The notes beneath the pieces were generated by a model. That model worked only from the letters and a program-made list of their open reading frames with translations. It searched no databases and was not told the origin of the DNA. Made by a program: the position numbers and the translations under genes. A stretch of DNA of 64,000 nt, taken from the NCBI RefSeq assembly GCF_964355755.1, contig NC_092670.1:28074388-28138387 (forward strand), in the 5' to 3' direction. The stretch comes from Antedon mediterranea. Taxonomy: Eukaryota > Animalia > Echinodermata. The first letter of the stretch is position 1, and each line of letters begins with the position of its first letter. This document shows, in pieces, positions 1-11,901 of the stretch.

Positions 1-174
1 AACGTCTCCAAATGCGATTTGAAGCAATTCTAAGCACTTTGGTGTTTTTATGTTAACAAGTTTTTTCGAAAATCACAAAATGGTATAAAACGTCTCCAAA
101 TGCGATTTTAAGGTATTCTAAGCACTTTGGTGTTTTTATGTTAACAAGTTTTTTCGAAAATCACAAAATGGTCT

Positions 175-426
175 AAAACGTCTCCAAATGCGATTTGAAG
201 CTATTCTGTACACTTTGCTGTTTTGTGTGAATAATTTTTGTCGAAATGCTCAAAATGGTCAAAAACGTTTTTAAATACGATATTAAGCTATTTTGTGCTC
301 TTTGATGTTTTTGTGTGAAAAGTTTTATCGAAATGCTCAAAATGGTCTAAAACGGTTTCTAATGTGATTTTAAGCACTTTGATGTTTTTATGTTAACAAC
401 TTTTTTAGAAAATCACAAAATGGTCT
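175..426 (+). repeat. Representative diverged B-C-D trimer cassette (252 bp), about 90 copies in the window
   Basis: B spans 175-261 (87 bp, ctgtacactttgctgttttgtgtgaataat). C spans 262-348 (87 bp, cgtttttaaatacgatattaagctattttgtgctc). D spans 349-426 (78 bp, cggtttctaatgtgattttaagcac). The order is always the same. I counted about 91 D starts, from 349 to about 63942. Confidence 0.95.
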
Positions 427-781
427 AAAACGTCTCCAAATGCGATTTGAAGCAATTCTATACACTTTGGTGTTTTTATGGTAACGAGTTTTTTTGAATA
501 TCACAAAATGGTCTAAAACGTCTCCAAATGCGATTTGAAGCTATTCTAAGCACTTTGGTGTTTTTATGTTAACAAGTTTTTTCGAAAATCACAAAATGGT
601 GTAAAACGTCTCCAAATGCGATTTGAAGCTATTCTAAGCACTTTGGTGTTATTATGTTAACAAGTTTTTTCGAAAATCACAAATTGGTCTAAAACGTCTC
701 CAAATGCGATTTGAAGCTATTTTAAGCACTTTGGTGTTTTTGTGTAACCAAGTTTTTTCGAAAATCACAAAAGGGTCTAAA

Positions 782-893
782 ATGTCTCAAAATGCGATTT
801 GAAGCTATTCTGTACACTTTGATGTTTTTTTGTTAACATGTCTCAAAATGCGATTTGAAGCTATTCTGTACACTTTGATGTTTTTTTGTTAAC
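782..893 (+). repeat. 56-bp sub-monomer tandem duplication (truncated monomer)
   Basis: atgtctcaaaatgcg...gttaac at 782-837 is repeated immediately at 838-893. The same junction (gttaac|atgtctc) recurs at 30261, 53780 and 55308. Confidence 0.92.
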
Positions 894-3344
894 AAGTTTT
901 TTCGAAAGTCACAAAATGGTCTAAAACGTCTCCAAATGCGATTTGAAGCTATTCTAAGCACTTTGGTGTTTTTATGTTAACAAGTTTTTTCGAAAATCAC
1001 AAAATGGTGTAAAACGTCTCCAAATGCGATTTGAAGCTATTCTAAGCACTTTGGTGTTTTTATGTTAACAAGTTTTTTCGAAAATCACAAAATGGTGTAA
1101 AACTTCTCCAAATACGATTTTAAGCTATTCTAAGCAATTTGGTGTTTTTATGTTAACAAGTTTTTTCGAAAATCACAAAATGGTCTAAAACGTCTCCAAA
1201 TGCGATTTGAAGCTATTCTGTACACTTTGCTGTTTTGTGTGAATAATTTTTGTCAAAATGCTCAAAATGGTCAAAAACGTTTTTAAATACTATATTAAGC
1301 TATTTTGTGTTCTTTGATGTTTTTGTGTGAAAAGTTTTATCGAAATGCTCAAAATGGTCTAAAACGGTTTCTAATGAAATGATTTTAAGAACTTTGATGT
1401 TTTTATGTTAACAACTTTTTTAGAAAATCACAAAATGGTCTAAAACGTCTCCAAATGCGATTTGAAGCAATTCTAAGCACTTTGGTGTTTTTATGTTAAC
1501 AAGTTTTTTCGAAAATCACAAAATGGTATAAAACGTCTCCAAATGCGATTTTAAGGTATTCTAAGCACTTTGGTGTTTTTATGTTAACAAGTTTTTTCGA
1601 AAATCACAAAATGGTCTAAAACGTCTACAAATGCGATTTGAAGCTATTGTAAGCACTTTGGTGTTTTTATGTTAACAAGTTTTTTCGAAAATCACAAAAT
1701 GGTCTAAAACGTCTCCAAATGCGATTTGAAGCTATTCTGTACACTTTGCTGTTTTGTGTGAATAATTTTTGTCGAAATGCTCAAAGTGGTCAAAAACGTT
1801 TTTAAATACGATATTAAGCTATTTTGTGCTCTTTGATGTTTTTGTGTGAAAAGTTTTATCGAAATGCTCAAAATGGTCTAAAACGGTTTCTAATGTGATT
1901 TTAAGCACTTTGATGTTTTTATGTTAACAACTTTTTTAGAAAATCACAAAATGGTCTAAAACGTCTCCAAATGCGATTTGAAGTAATTCTAAGCACTTTG
2001 GTGTTTTTATGGTAACGAGTTTTTTTGAATATCACAAAATGGTCTAAAATTTCTCCAAATGCGATTTGAAGCTTTTCTAAGCACTTTAGTGTTTTTATGG
2101 TAACGAGTTATTTCGAAAATCACAAAATGGTCTAAAACGTCTCCAAATGCGATTTGAAGCTATTCTGTACACTTTGCTGTTTTGTGTGAATATTTTTTGT
2201 CAAAATGCTCAAAATGGTCAAAAACGTTTTTTAATACTATATTAAGCTATTTTGTGCTCTTTGATGTTTTTGTGTGAAAAGTTTTATCGAAATGCTCAAA
2301 ATGGTCTAAAACGGTTTCTAATGTGATTTTAAGCACTTTGATGTTTTTATGTTAACAACTTTTTTAGAAAATTACAAAATGGTGTAAAACGTCTCCAAAT
2401 GCGATTTGAAGCTATTCTAAGCACTTTGGTGTTTTTATGGTAACGAGTTTTTTTGAATATCACAAAATGGTCTAAAATGTCTCCAAATGCGATTTGAAGC
2501 TTTTCTAAGCACTTTGGTGTTTTTATGTTAACAAGTTTTTTCGAAAATCACAAAATGGTCTAAAACGTCTCCAAATGTGATTTGAAGCTATTCTAAACAC
2601 TTTGGTGTTTTTATGTTAACAAGTTTTTTCGAAAATCACAAATTGGTCTAAAACGTCTCCAAATGCGATTTGAAGCTAGTTTAAGCACTTTGGTGTTTTT
2701 GTGTAACCAAGTTTTTTCGAAAATCACAAAAGGGTCTAAAATGTCTCAAAATGCGATTTGAAGCTATTCTGTACACTTTGATGTTTTTTTTGTTAACAAG
2801 TTTTTTCGAAAGTCACAAAATGGTCTAAAACGTCTCCAAATGCGATTTGAAGCTATTCTAAGCACTTTGGTGTTTTTATGTTAACAAGTTTTTTCGAAAA
2901 TCACAAAATGGTGTAAAACGTCTCCAAATGCGATTTGAAGCTATTCTAAGCAATTTGGTGTTTTTATGTTAACAAGTTTTTTCGAAAATCACAAAATGGT
3001 GTAAAACGTCTCCAAATGCGATTTTAAGCTATTCTAAGCAATTTGGTGTTCTTTTATGTTAACAAGTTTTTTCGAAAATCACAAAATGGTCTAAAACGTC
3101 TCCAAATGCGATTTGAAGCTATTCTGTACACTTTGCTGTTTTGTGAGAATAATTTTTGTCGAAATGCTCAAAATGGTCAAAAACGTTTTTAAATACGATA
3201 TTAAGCTATTTTGTGCTCTTTGATGTTTTTGTGTGAAAAGTTTTATCGAAATGCTCAAAATGGTCTAAAACGGTTTCTAATGTGATTTTAAGCACTTTGG
3301 TGTTTTTATGTTAACAAGTTTTTTCGAAAATCACAAAATGGTCT

Positions 3345-3608
3345 AAAACGTCTCCAAATGTGATTTGAAGCTATTCTAAACACTTTGGTGTTTTTATGTT
3401 AACAAGTTTTTTCGAAAATCACAAATTGGTCTAAAACGTCTCCAAATGCGATTTGAAGCTATTTTAAGCACTTTGGTGTTTTTGTGTAACCAAGTTTTTT
3501 CGAAAATCACAAAAGGGTCTAAAATGTCTCAAAATGCGATTTGAAGCTATTCTGTACACTTTGATGTTTTTTTGTTAACAAGTTTTTTCGAAAGTCACAA
3601 AATGGTCT
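3345..3608 (+). repeat. Representative ordered A-subtype series E-F-G (secondary higher-order module)
   Basis: E carries aatgtgattt, taaacac and caaattggtc. F carries attttaagc, tgtgtaaccaag and aaaagggtct. G carries aaaatgtctcaaaa, ctgtacactttgatg and cgaaagtcac. The same order recurs near 2560, 13320, 15220, 18430, 20585, 42115, 44895, 50250 and 57820, among others. Confidence 0.85.
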
Positions 3609-4430
3609 AAAACGTCTCCAAATGCGATTTGAAGCTATTCTAAGCACTTTGCTGTTTTGTGTGAATAATTTTTGTCGAAATGCTCAAAATGGTCAAAAAC
3701 GTTTTTAAATACGATATTAAGCTATTTTGTGCTCTTTGATGTTTTTGTGTGAAAAGTTTTATCGAAATGCTCAAAATGGTCTAAAACGGTTTCTAATGTG
3801 ATTTTAAGCACTTTGATGTTTTTATGTTAACAACTTTTTTAGAAAATCACAAAATGGTCTAAAACGTCTCCAAATGCGATTTGAAGCAATTCTAAGCACT
3901 TTGGTGTTTTTATGGTAACGAGTTTTTTTGAATATCACAAAATGGTCTAAAATGTCTCCAAATGCGATTTGAAGCTTTTCTAAGCACTTTGGTGTTTTTA
4001 TGTTAACAAGTTTTTTCGAAAATCACAAAATGGTCTAAAACGTCTCCAAATGCGATTTGAAGCTATTCTGTACACTTTGCTGTTTTGTGTGAATAATTTT
4101 TGTCGAAATGCTCAAAATGGTCAAAAACGTTTTTAAATACGATATTAAGCTATTTTGTGCTCTTTGATGTTTTTGTGTGAAAAGTTTTATCGAAATGCTC
4201 AAAATGGTCTAAAACGGTTTCTAATGTGATTTTAAGCACTTTGATGTTTTTATGTTAACAACTTTTTTAGAAAATCACAAAATGGTCTAAAACGTCTCCA
4301 AATGCGATTTGAAGCAATTCTAAGCACTTTGGTGTTTTTATGGTAACGAGTTTTTTTGAATATCACAAAATGGTCTAAAATGTCTCCAAATGCGATTTGA
4401 AGCTTTTCTAAGCACTTTGGTGTTTTTATG

Positions 4431-7400
4431 GTAGCGAGTTATTTCGAAAATCACAAAATGGTCTAAAACGTCTCCAAATGCGATTTGAAGCTATTCTAAG
4501 CACTTTTGTGTTTTTATGCTAACAAGTTTTTTCGAAAATCACAAAATTGTCTAAAATGTCTCCAAATGCGATTTTAAGGTATTCTAAGCACTTTGGTGTT
4601 TTTATGTTAACAAGTTTTTTCGAAAATCACAAAATGGTATAAAACGTCTCCAAATGCGATTTGAAGATTTTCTAAGGACTTTGGTGATTTTATGTTTACA
4701 AGTTTTTTCGAAAATCACAAAATGGTCTAAAACGTCTCCAAATGCGATTTGAAGCTATTCTGTACACTTTGCTGTTTTGTGTGAATAATTTTTGTCGAAA
4801 TGCTCAAAATGGTCAAAAACGTTTTTAAATACGATATTAAGCTATTTTGTGCTCTTTGATGTTTTTGTGTGAAAAGTTTTATCGAAATGCTCAAAATGGT
4901 CTAAAACGGTTTCTATTGTGATTTTAAGCACTTTGATGTTTTTATGGTAACGAGTTTTTTTGAATATCACAAAATGGTCTAAAATGTCTCCAAATGCGAT
5001 TTGAAGCTTTTCTAAGCACTTTGGTGTTTTTATGTTAACAAGTTTTTTCGAAAATCACAAAATGGTCTAAAACGTCTCCAAATGCGATTTGAAGCTATTC
5101 TGTACACTTTGCTGTTTTGTGTGAATAATTTTTGTCGAAATGCTCAAAATGGTCAAAAACGTTTTTAAATACGATATTAAGCTATTTTGTGCTCTTTGAT
5201 GTTTTTGTGTGAAAAGTTTTATCGAAATGCTCAAAATGGTCTAAAACGGTTTCTAATGTGATTTTAAGCACTTTGATGTTTTTATGTTAACAACTTTTTT
5301 AGAAAATCACAAAATGGTCTAAAACGTCTCCAAATGCGATTTGAAGCAATTCTAAGCACTTTGGTGTTTTTATGGTAACGAGTTTTTTTGAATATCACAA
5401 AATGGTCTAAAATGTCTCCAAATGCGATTTGAAGCTTTTCTAAGCACTTTGGTGTTTTTATGGTAGCGAGTTATTTCGAAAATCACAAAATGGTCTAAAA
5501 CGTCTCCAAATGCGATTTGAAGCTATTCTAAGCACTTTTGTGTTTTTATGCTAACAAGTTTTTTCGAAAATCACAAAATTGTCTAAAATGTCTCCAAATG
5601 CGATTTTAAGGTATTCTAAGCACTTTGGTGTTTTTATGTTAACAAGTTTTTTCGAAAATCACAAAATGGTCTAAAAAGTCTACAAATGCGATTTGAAGCT
5701 ATTCTAAGCACTTTGGTGTTTTTATGTTAACAAGTTTTTTCGAAAATCACAAAATGGTATAAAACGTCTCCAAATGCGATTTGAAGATTTTCTAAGGACT
5801 TTGGTGATTTTATGTTTACAAGTTTTTTCGAAAATCACAAAATGGTCTAAAACGTCTCCAAATGCGATTTGAAGCTATTCTGTACACTTTGCTGTTTTGT
5901 GTGAATAATTTTTGTCGAAATGCTCAAAATGGTCAAAAACGTTTTTAAATACGATATTAAGCTATTTTGTGCTCTTTGATGTTTTTGTGTGAAAAGTTTT
6001 ATCGAAATGCTCAAAATGGTCTAAAACGGTTTCTATTGTGATTTTAAGCACTTTGATGTTTTTATGTTAACAACTTTTTTAGAAAATTACAAAATGGTGT
6101 AAAACGTCTCCAAATGCGAATTGAAGCTATTCTAAGCAATTTGGTGTTTTTATGTTAACAAGTTTTTTCGAAAATCACAAAATGGTCTAAAACGTCTCCA
6201 AATGCGATTTGAAGCTATTCTAAGCACTTTGGTGTTTTTATGTTAACAAGTTTTTTCCAAAATCACAAAATGTTATAAAACGTCTCTAAATGCGATTTTA
6301 AGGTATTTTAAGCACTTTGATGTTTTTATGTTAACGAGTTTTTTCGAAAATCACAAAATGGTCTAAAACGTCTCCAAATGCGATTTGAAGCTATTCTAAG
6401 CACTTTGGTGTTTTTATGTTAACAAGTTTTTTCGAAAATCACAAAATGGTATAAAACGTCTCCAAATGCGATTTTAAGCTATTCTAAGTACTTTTGTGTT
6501 TTTATGTTAACAAGTTTTTTCGAAAATTACGAAATGGTCTAAAATGTCTCAAAATGCGATTTGAAGCTATTCTGTACACTTTGATGTTTTTATGTTAACA
6601 AGTTTTTCGAAAGTCACAAAATGGTCTAAAACGTCTCCAAATGCGATTTGAAGCTATTTTAAGCACTTTGGTGTTTTTGTGTAACCAAGTTTTTGTCGAA
6701 AATCACAAAAGGGTCTAAAATGTCTCAAAATGCGATTTGAAGCTATTCTGTACACTTTGATGTTTTTATGTTAACAAGTTTTTTCGAAAGTCACAAAATG
6801 GTCTAAAACGTATCCAAATGCTATTTGAAGCAATTCTAAGCACTTTGGTGTTTTTATGTTAACAAGTTTTTTCGAAAATCACAAAATGGTCTAAAACGTC
6901 TCCAAATGCGATTTGAAGCTATTCTAAGCACTTTGGTGTTTTTATGTTAACAAGTTTTTTCGAAAATCACAAAATGGTATAAAACGTCTCCAAATGCGAT
7001 TTTAAGGTATTCTAAGCACTTTGGTGTTTTTATGTTAACAAGTTTTTTCGAAAATCACAAAATGGTCTAAAACGTCTCCAAATGCGATTTGAAGCTATTC
7101 TAAGCACTTTGGTGTTTTTATGTTAACAAGTTTTTTCGAAAATCACAAAATGGTATAAAACGTTTCCAAATGCGATTTTAAGCTATTCTAAGCAATTTAG
7201 TGTTTTTATGTTAACAAGTTTTTTCGAAAATCACAAAATGGTCGAAAATGTCACAAAATGCGATTTGAAGCTATTCTAAGCCCTTTGGTGTTTTTATGTT
7301 AACAAGTTTTTTTGAAAATCACAAAATGGTCTAAAATGTCTCAAAATGCGATTTGAAGCTATTCTGTACACTTTGCTGTTTTGTGTGAATAATTTTTTTC

Positions 7401-10400
7401 GAAAATCACAAAATGGTGTAAAACGTCTCCAAATGTGATTTGAAGCTATTCTAAGCACTTTGGTGTTTTTATGTTAACAAGTTTTTTCGAAAATCACAAA
7501 ATGGTGTAAAACGTTTCCAAATGCGATTTTAAGCTATTCTAAACAATTTGTTGTTTTTATGTTAACAAGTTTTTTTCGAAAATCACAAAATGGTGTAAAA
7601 CGTCTCCAAATGCGATTTGAAGCTATTCTAAGCACTTTGGTGTTTTTTTGTTAACAAGTTTTTTCGAAAATCACAAAATGGTGTAAAACGTCTCCAAATG
7701 CGATTTTAAGCTATTCTAAGCAATTTGGTGTTTTTATGTTAACAAGTTTTTTCGAAAATCACAAAATGGTCTAAAACGTCTCCAAATGCGATTTGAAGCT
7801 ATTCTGTACACTTTGCTGTTTTGTGTGAATAATTTTTGTCGAAATGCTCAAAATGGTCAAAAACGTTTTTGAATACGATATTAAGCTATTTTGTGCTCTT
7901 TGATGTTTTTGTGTGGTAAGTTTTATCGAAATGCTCAAAATGGTCTAAAACGGTTTCTAATGTGATTTTAAGCACTTTGATGTTTTTATGTTAACAACTT
8001 TTTTAGAAAATCACAAAATGGTCTAAAACGTCTCCAAATGCGATTTGAAGCAATTCTAAGCACTTTGGTGTTTTTATGGTAACGAGTTTTTTTGAATATC
8101 ACAAAATGGTCTAAAATGTCTCCAAATGCGATTTGAAGCTTTTCTAAGCACTTTGGTGTTTTTATGGTAGCGAGTTATTTCGAAAATCACAAAATGGTCT
8201 AAAACGTCTCCAAATGCGATTTGAAGCTATTCTAAGCACTTTTGTGTTTTTATGCTAACAAGTTTTTTCGAAAATCACAAAATTGTCTAAAATGTCTCCA
8301 AATGCGATTTTAAGGTATTCTAAGCACTTTGGTGTTTTTATGTTAACAAGTTTTTTCGAAAATCACAAAATGGTATAAAACGTCTCCAAATGCGATTTGA
8401 AGATTTTCTAAGGACTTTGGTGATTTTATGTTTACAAGTTTTTTCGAAAATCACAAAATGGTCTAAAACGTCTCCAAATGCGATTTGAAGCTATTCTGTA
8501 CACTTTGCTGTTTTGTGTGAATAATTTTTGTCGAAATGCTCAAAATGGTCAAAAACGTTTTTAAATACGATATTAAGCTATTTTGTGCTCTTTGATGTTT
8601 TTGTGTGAAAAGTTTTATCGAAATGCTCAAAATGGTCTAAAACGGTTTCTATTGTGATTTTAAGCACTTTGATGTTTTTATGGTAACGAGTTTTTTTGAA
8701 TATCACAAAATGGTCTAAAATGTCTCCAAATGCGATTTGAAGCTTTTCTAAGCACTTTGGTGTTTTTATGTTAACAAGTTTTTTCGAAAATCACAAAATG
8801 GTCTAAAACGTCTCCAAATGCGATTTGAAGCTATTCTGTACACTTTGCTGTTTTGTGTGAATAATTTTTGTCGAAATGCTCAAAATGGTCAAAAACGTTT
8901 TTAAATACGATATTAAGCTATTTTGTGCTCTTTGATGTTTTTGTGTGAAAAGTTTTATCGAAATGCTCAAAATGGTCTAAAACGGTTTCTAATGTGATTT
9001 TAAGCACTTTGATGTTTTTATGTTAACAACTTTTTTAGAAAATCACAAAATGGTCTAAAACGTCTCCAAATGCGATTTGAAGCAATTCTAAGCACTTTGG
9101 TGTTTTTATGGTAACGAGTTTTTTTGAATATCACAAAATGGTCTAAAATGTCTCCAAATGCGATTTGAAGCTTTTCTAAGCACTTTGGTGTTTTTATGGT
9201 AGCGAGTTATTTCGAAAATCACAAAATGGTCTAAAACGTCTCCAAATGCGATTTGAAGCTATTCTAAGCACTTTTGTGTTTTTATGCTAACAAGTTTTTT
9301 CGAAAATCACAAAATTGTCTAAAATGTCTCCAAATGCGATTTTAAGGTATTCTAAGCACTTTGGTGTTTTTATGTTAACAAGTTTTTTCGAAAATCACAA
9401 AATGGTCTAAAAAGTCTACAAATGCGATTTGAAGCTATTCTAAGCACTTTGGTGTTTTTATGTTAACAAGTTTTTTCGAAAATCACAAAATGGTATAAAA
9501 CGTCTCCAAATGCGATTTGAAGATTTTCTAAGGACTTTGGTGATTTTATGTTTACAAGTTTTTTCGAAAATCACAAAATGGTCTAAAACGTCTCCAAATG
9601 CGATTTGAAGCTATTCTGTACACTTTGCTGTTTTGTGTGAATAATTTTTGTCGAAATGCTCAAAATGGTCAAAAACGTTTTTAAATACGATATTAAGCTA
9701 TTTTGTGCTCTTTGATGTTTTTGTGTGAAAAGTTTTATCGAAATGCTCAAAATGGTCTAAAACGGTTTCTATTGTGATTTTAAGCACTTTGATGTTTTTA
9801 TGTTAACAACTTTTTTAGAAAATTACAAAATGGTGTAAAACGTCTCCAAATGCGAATTGAAGCTATTCTAAGCAATTTGGTGTTTTTATGTTAACAAGTT
9901 TTTTCGAAAATCACAAAATGGTCTAAAACGTCTCCAAATGCGATTTGAAGCTATTCTAAGCACTTTGGTGTTTTTATGTTAACAAGTTTTTTCCAAAATC
10001 ACAAAATGTTATAAAACGTCTCTAAATGCGATTTTAAGGTATTTTAAGCACTTTGATGTTTTTATGTTAACGAGTTTTTTCGAAAATCACAAAATGGTCT
10101 AAAACGTCTCCAAATGCGATTTGAAGCTATTCTAAGCACTTTGGTGTTTTTATGTTAACAAGTTTTTTCGAAAATCACAAAATGGTATAAAACGTCTCCA
10201 AATGCGATTTTAAGCTATTCTAAGTACTTTTGTGTTTTTATGTTAACAAGTTTTTTCGAAAATTACGAAATGGTCTAAAATGTCTCAAAATGCGATTTGA
10301 AGCTATTCTGTACACTTTGATGTTTTTATGTTAACAAGTTTTTCGAAAGTCACAAAATGGTCTAAAACGTCTCCAAATGCGATTTGAAGCTATTTTAAGC

Positions 10401-11901
10401 ACTTTGGTGTTTTTGTGTAACCAAGTTTTTGTCGAAAATCACAAAAGGGTCTAAAATGTCTCAAAATGCGATTTGAAGCTATTCTGTACACTTTGATGTT
10501 TTTATGTTAACAAGTTTTTTCGAAAGTCACAAAATGGTCTAAAACGTATCCAAATGCTATTTGAAGCAATTCTAAGCACTTTGGTGTTTTTATGTTAACA
10601 AGTTTTTTCGAAAATCACAAAATGGTCTAAAACGTCTCCAAATGCGATTTGAAGCTATTCTAAGCACTTTGGTGTTTTTATGTTAACAAGTTTTTTCGAA
10701 AATCACAAAATGGTATAAAACGTCTCCAAATGCGATTTTAAGGTATTCTAAGCACTTTGGTGTTTTTATGTTAACAAGTTTTTTCGAAAATCACAAAATG
10801 GTCTAAAACGTCTCCAAATGCGATTTGAAGCTATTCTAAGCACTTTGGTGTTTTTATGTTAACAAGTTTTTTCGAAAATCACAAAATGGTATAAAACGTT
10901 TCCAAATGCGATTTTAAGCTATTCTAAGCAATTTAGTGTTTTTATGTTAACAAGTTTTTTCGAAAATCACAAAATGGTCGAAAATGTCACAAAATGCGAT
11001 TTGAAGCTATTCTAAGCCCTTTGGTGTTTTTATGTTAACAAGTTTTTTTGAAAATCACAAAATGGTCTAAAATGTCTCAAAATGCGATTTGAAGCTATTC
11101 TGTACACTTTGCTGTTTTGTGTGAATAATTTTTTTCGAAAATCACAAAATGGTGTAAAACGTCTCCAAATGTGATTTGAAGCTATTCTAAGCACTTTGGT
11201 GTTTTTATGTTAACAAGTTTTTTCGAAAATCACAAAATGGTGTAAAACGTTTCCAAATGCGATTTTAAGCTATTCTAAACAATTTGTTGTTTTTATGTTA
11301 ACAAGTTTTTTTCGAAAATCACAAAATGGTGTAAAACGTCTCCAAATGCGATTTGAAGCTATTCTAAGCACTTTGGTGTTTTTTTGTTAACAAGTTTTTT
11401 CGAAAATCACAAAATGGTGTAAAACGTCTCCAAATGCGATTTTAAGCTATTCTAAGCAATTTGGTGTTTTTATGTTAACAAGTTTTTTCGAAAATCACAA
11501 AATGGTCTAAAACGTCTCCAAATGCGATTTGAAGCTATTCTGTACACTTTGCTGTTTTGTGTGAATAATTTTTGTCGAAATGCTCAAAATGGTCAAAAAC
11601 GTTTTTGAATACGATATTAAGCTATTTTGTGCTCTTTGATGTTTTTGTGTGGTAAGTTTTATCGAAATGCTCAAAATGGTCTAAAACGGTTTCTAATGTG
11701 ATTTTAAGCACTTTGATGTTTTTATGTTAACAACTTTTTTAGAAAATCACAAAATGGTCTAAAACGTCTCCAAATGCGATTTGAAGCAATTCTAAGCACT
11801 TTGGTGTTTTTATGGTAACGAGTTTTTTTGAATATCACAAAATGGTCTAAAATGTCTCCAAATGCGATTTGAAGCTTTTCTAAGCACTTTGGTGTTTTTA
11901 T
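4431..11901 (+). repeat. 3736-bp tandem duplication (two copies)
   Basis: Rare variants recur at an exact 3736 offset: gtagcg 4431/8167, gcgaattg 6116/9852, aagccct (ccc) 7281/11017. The breakpoint lies somewhere within about 7921-8165. Confidence 0.9.

Noticed and set aside
47-72. Intrinsic terminators or promoter boxes suggested by T-tracts and tataaaa variants
   Set aside because: There are no GC-rich stems and no genes to regulate. Such motifs are expected by chance in AT-rich satellite.
56-80. CENP-B box around TTCG
   Set aside because: The motif needs TTCGnnnnAnnCGGG. Neither strand has the CGGG half.
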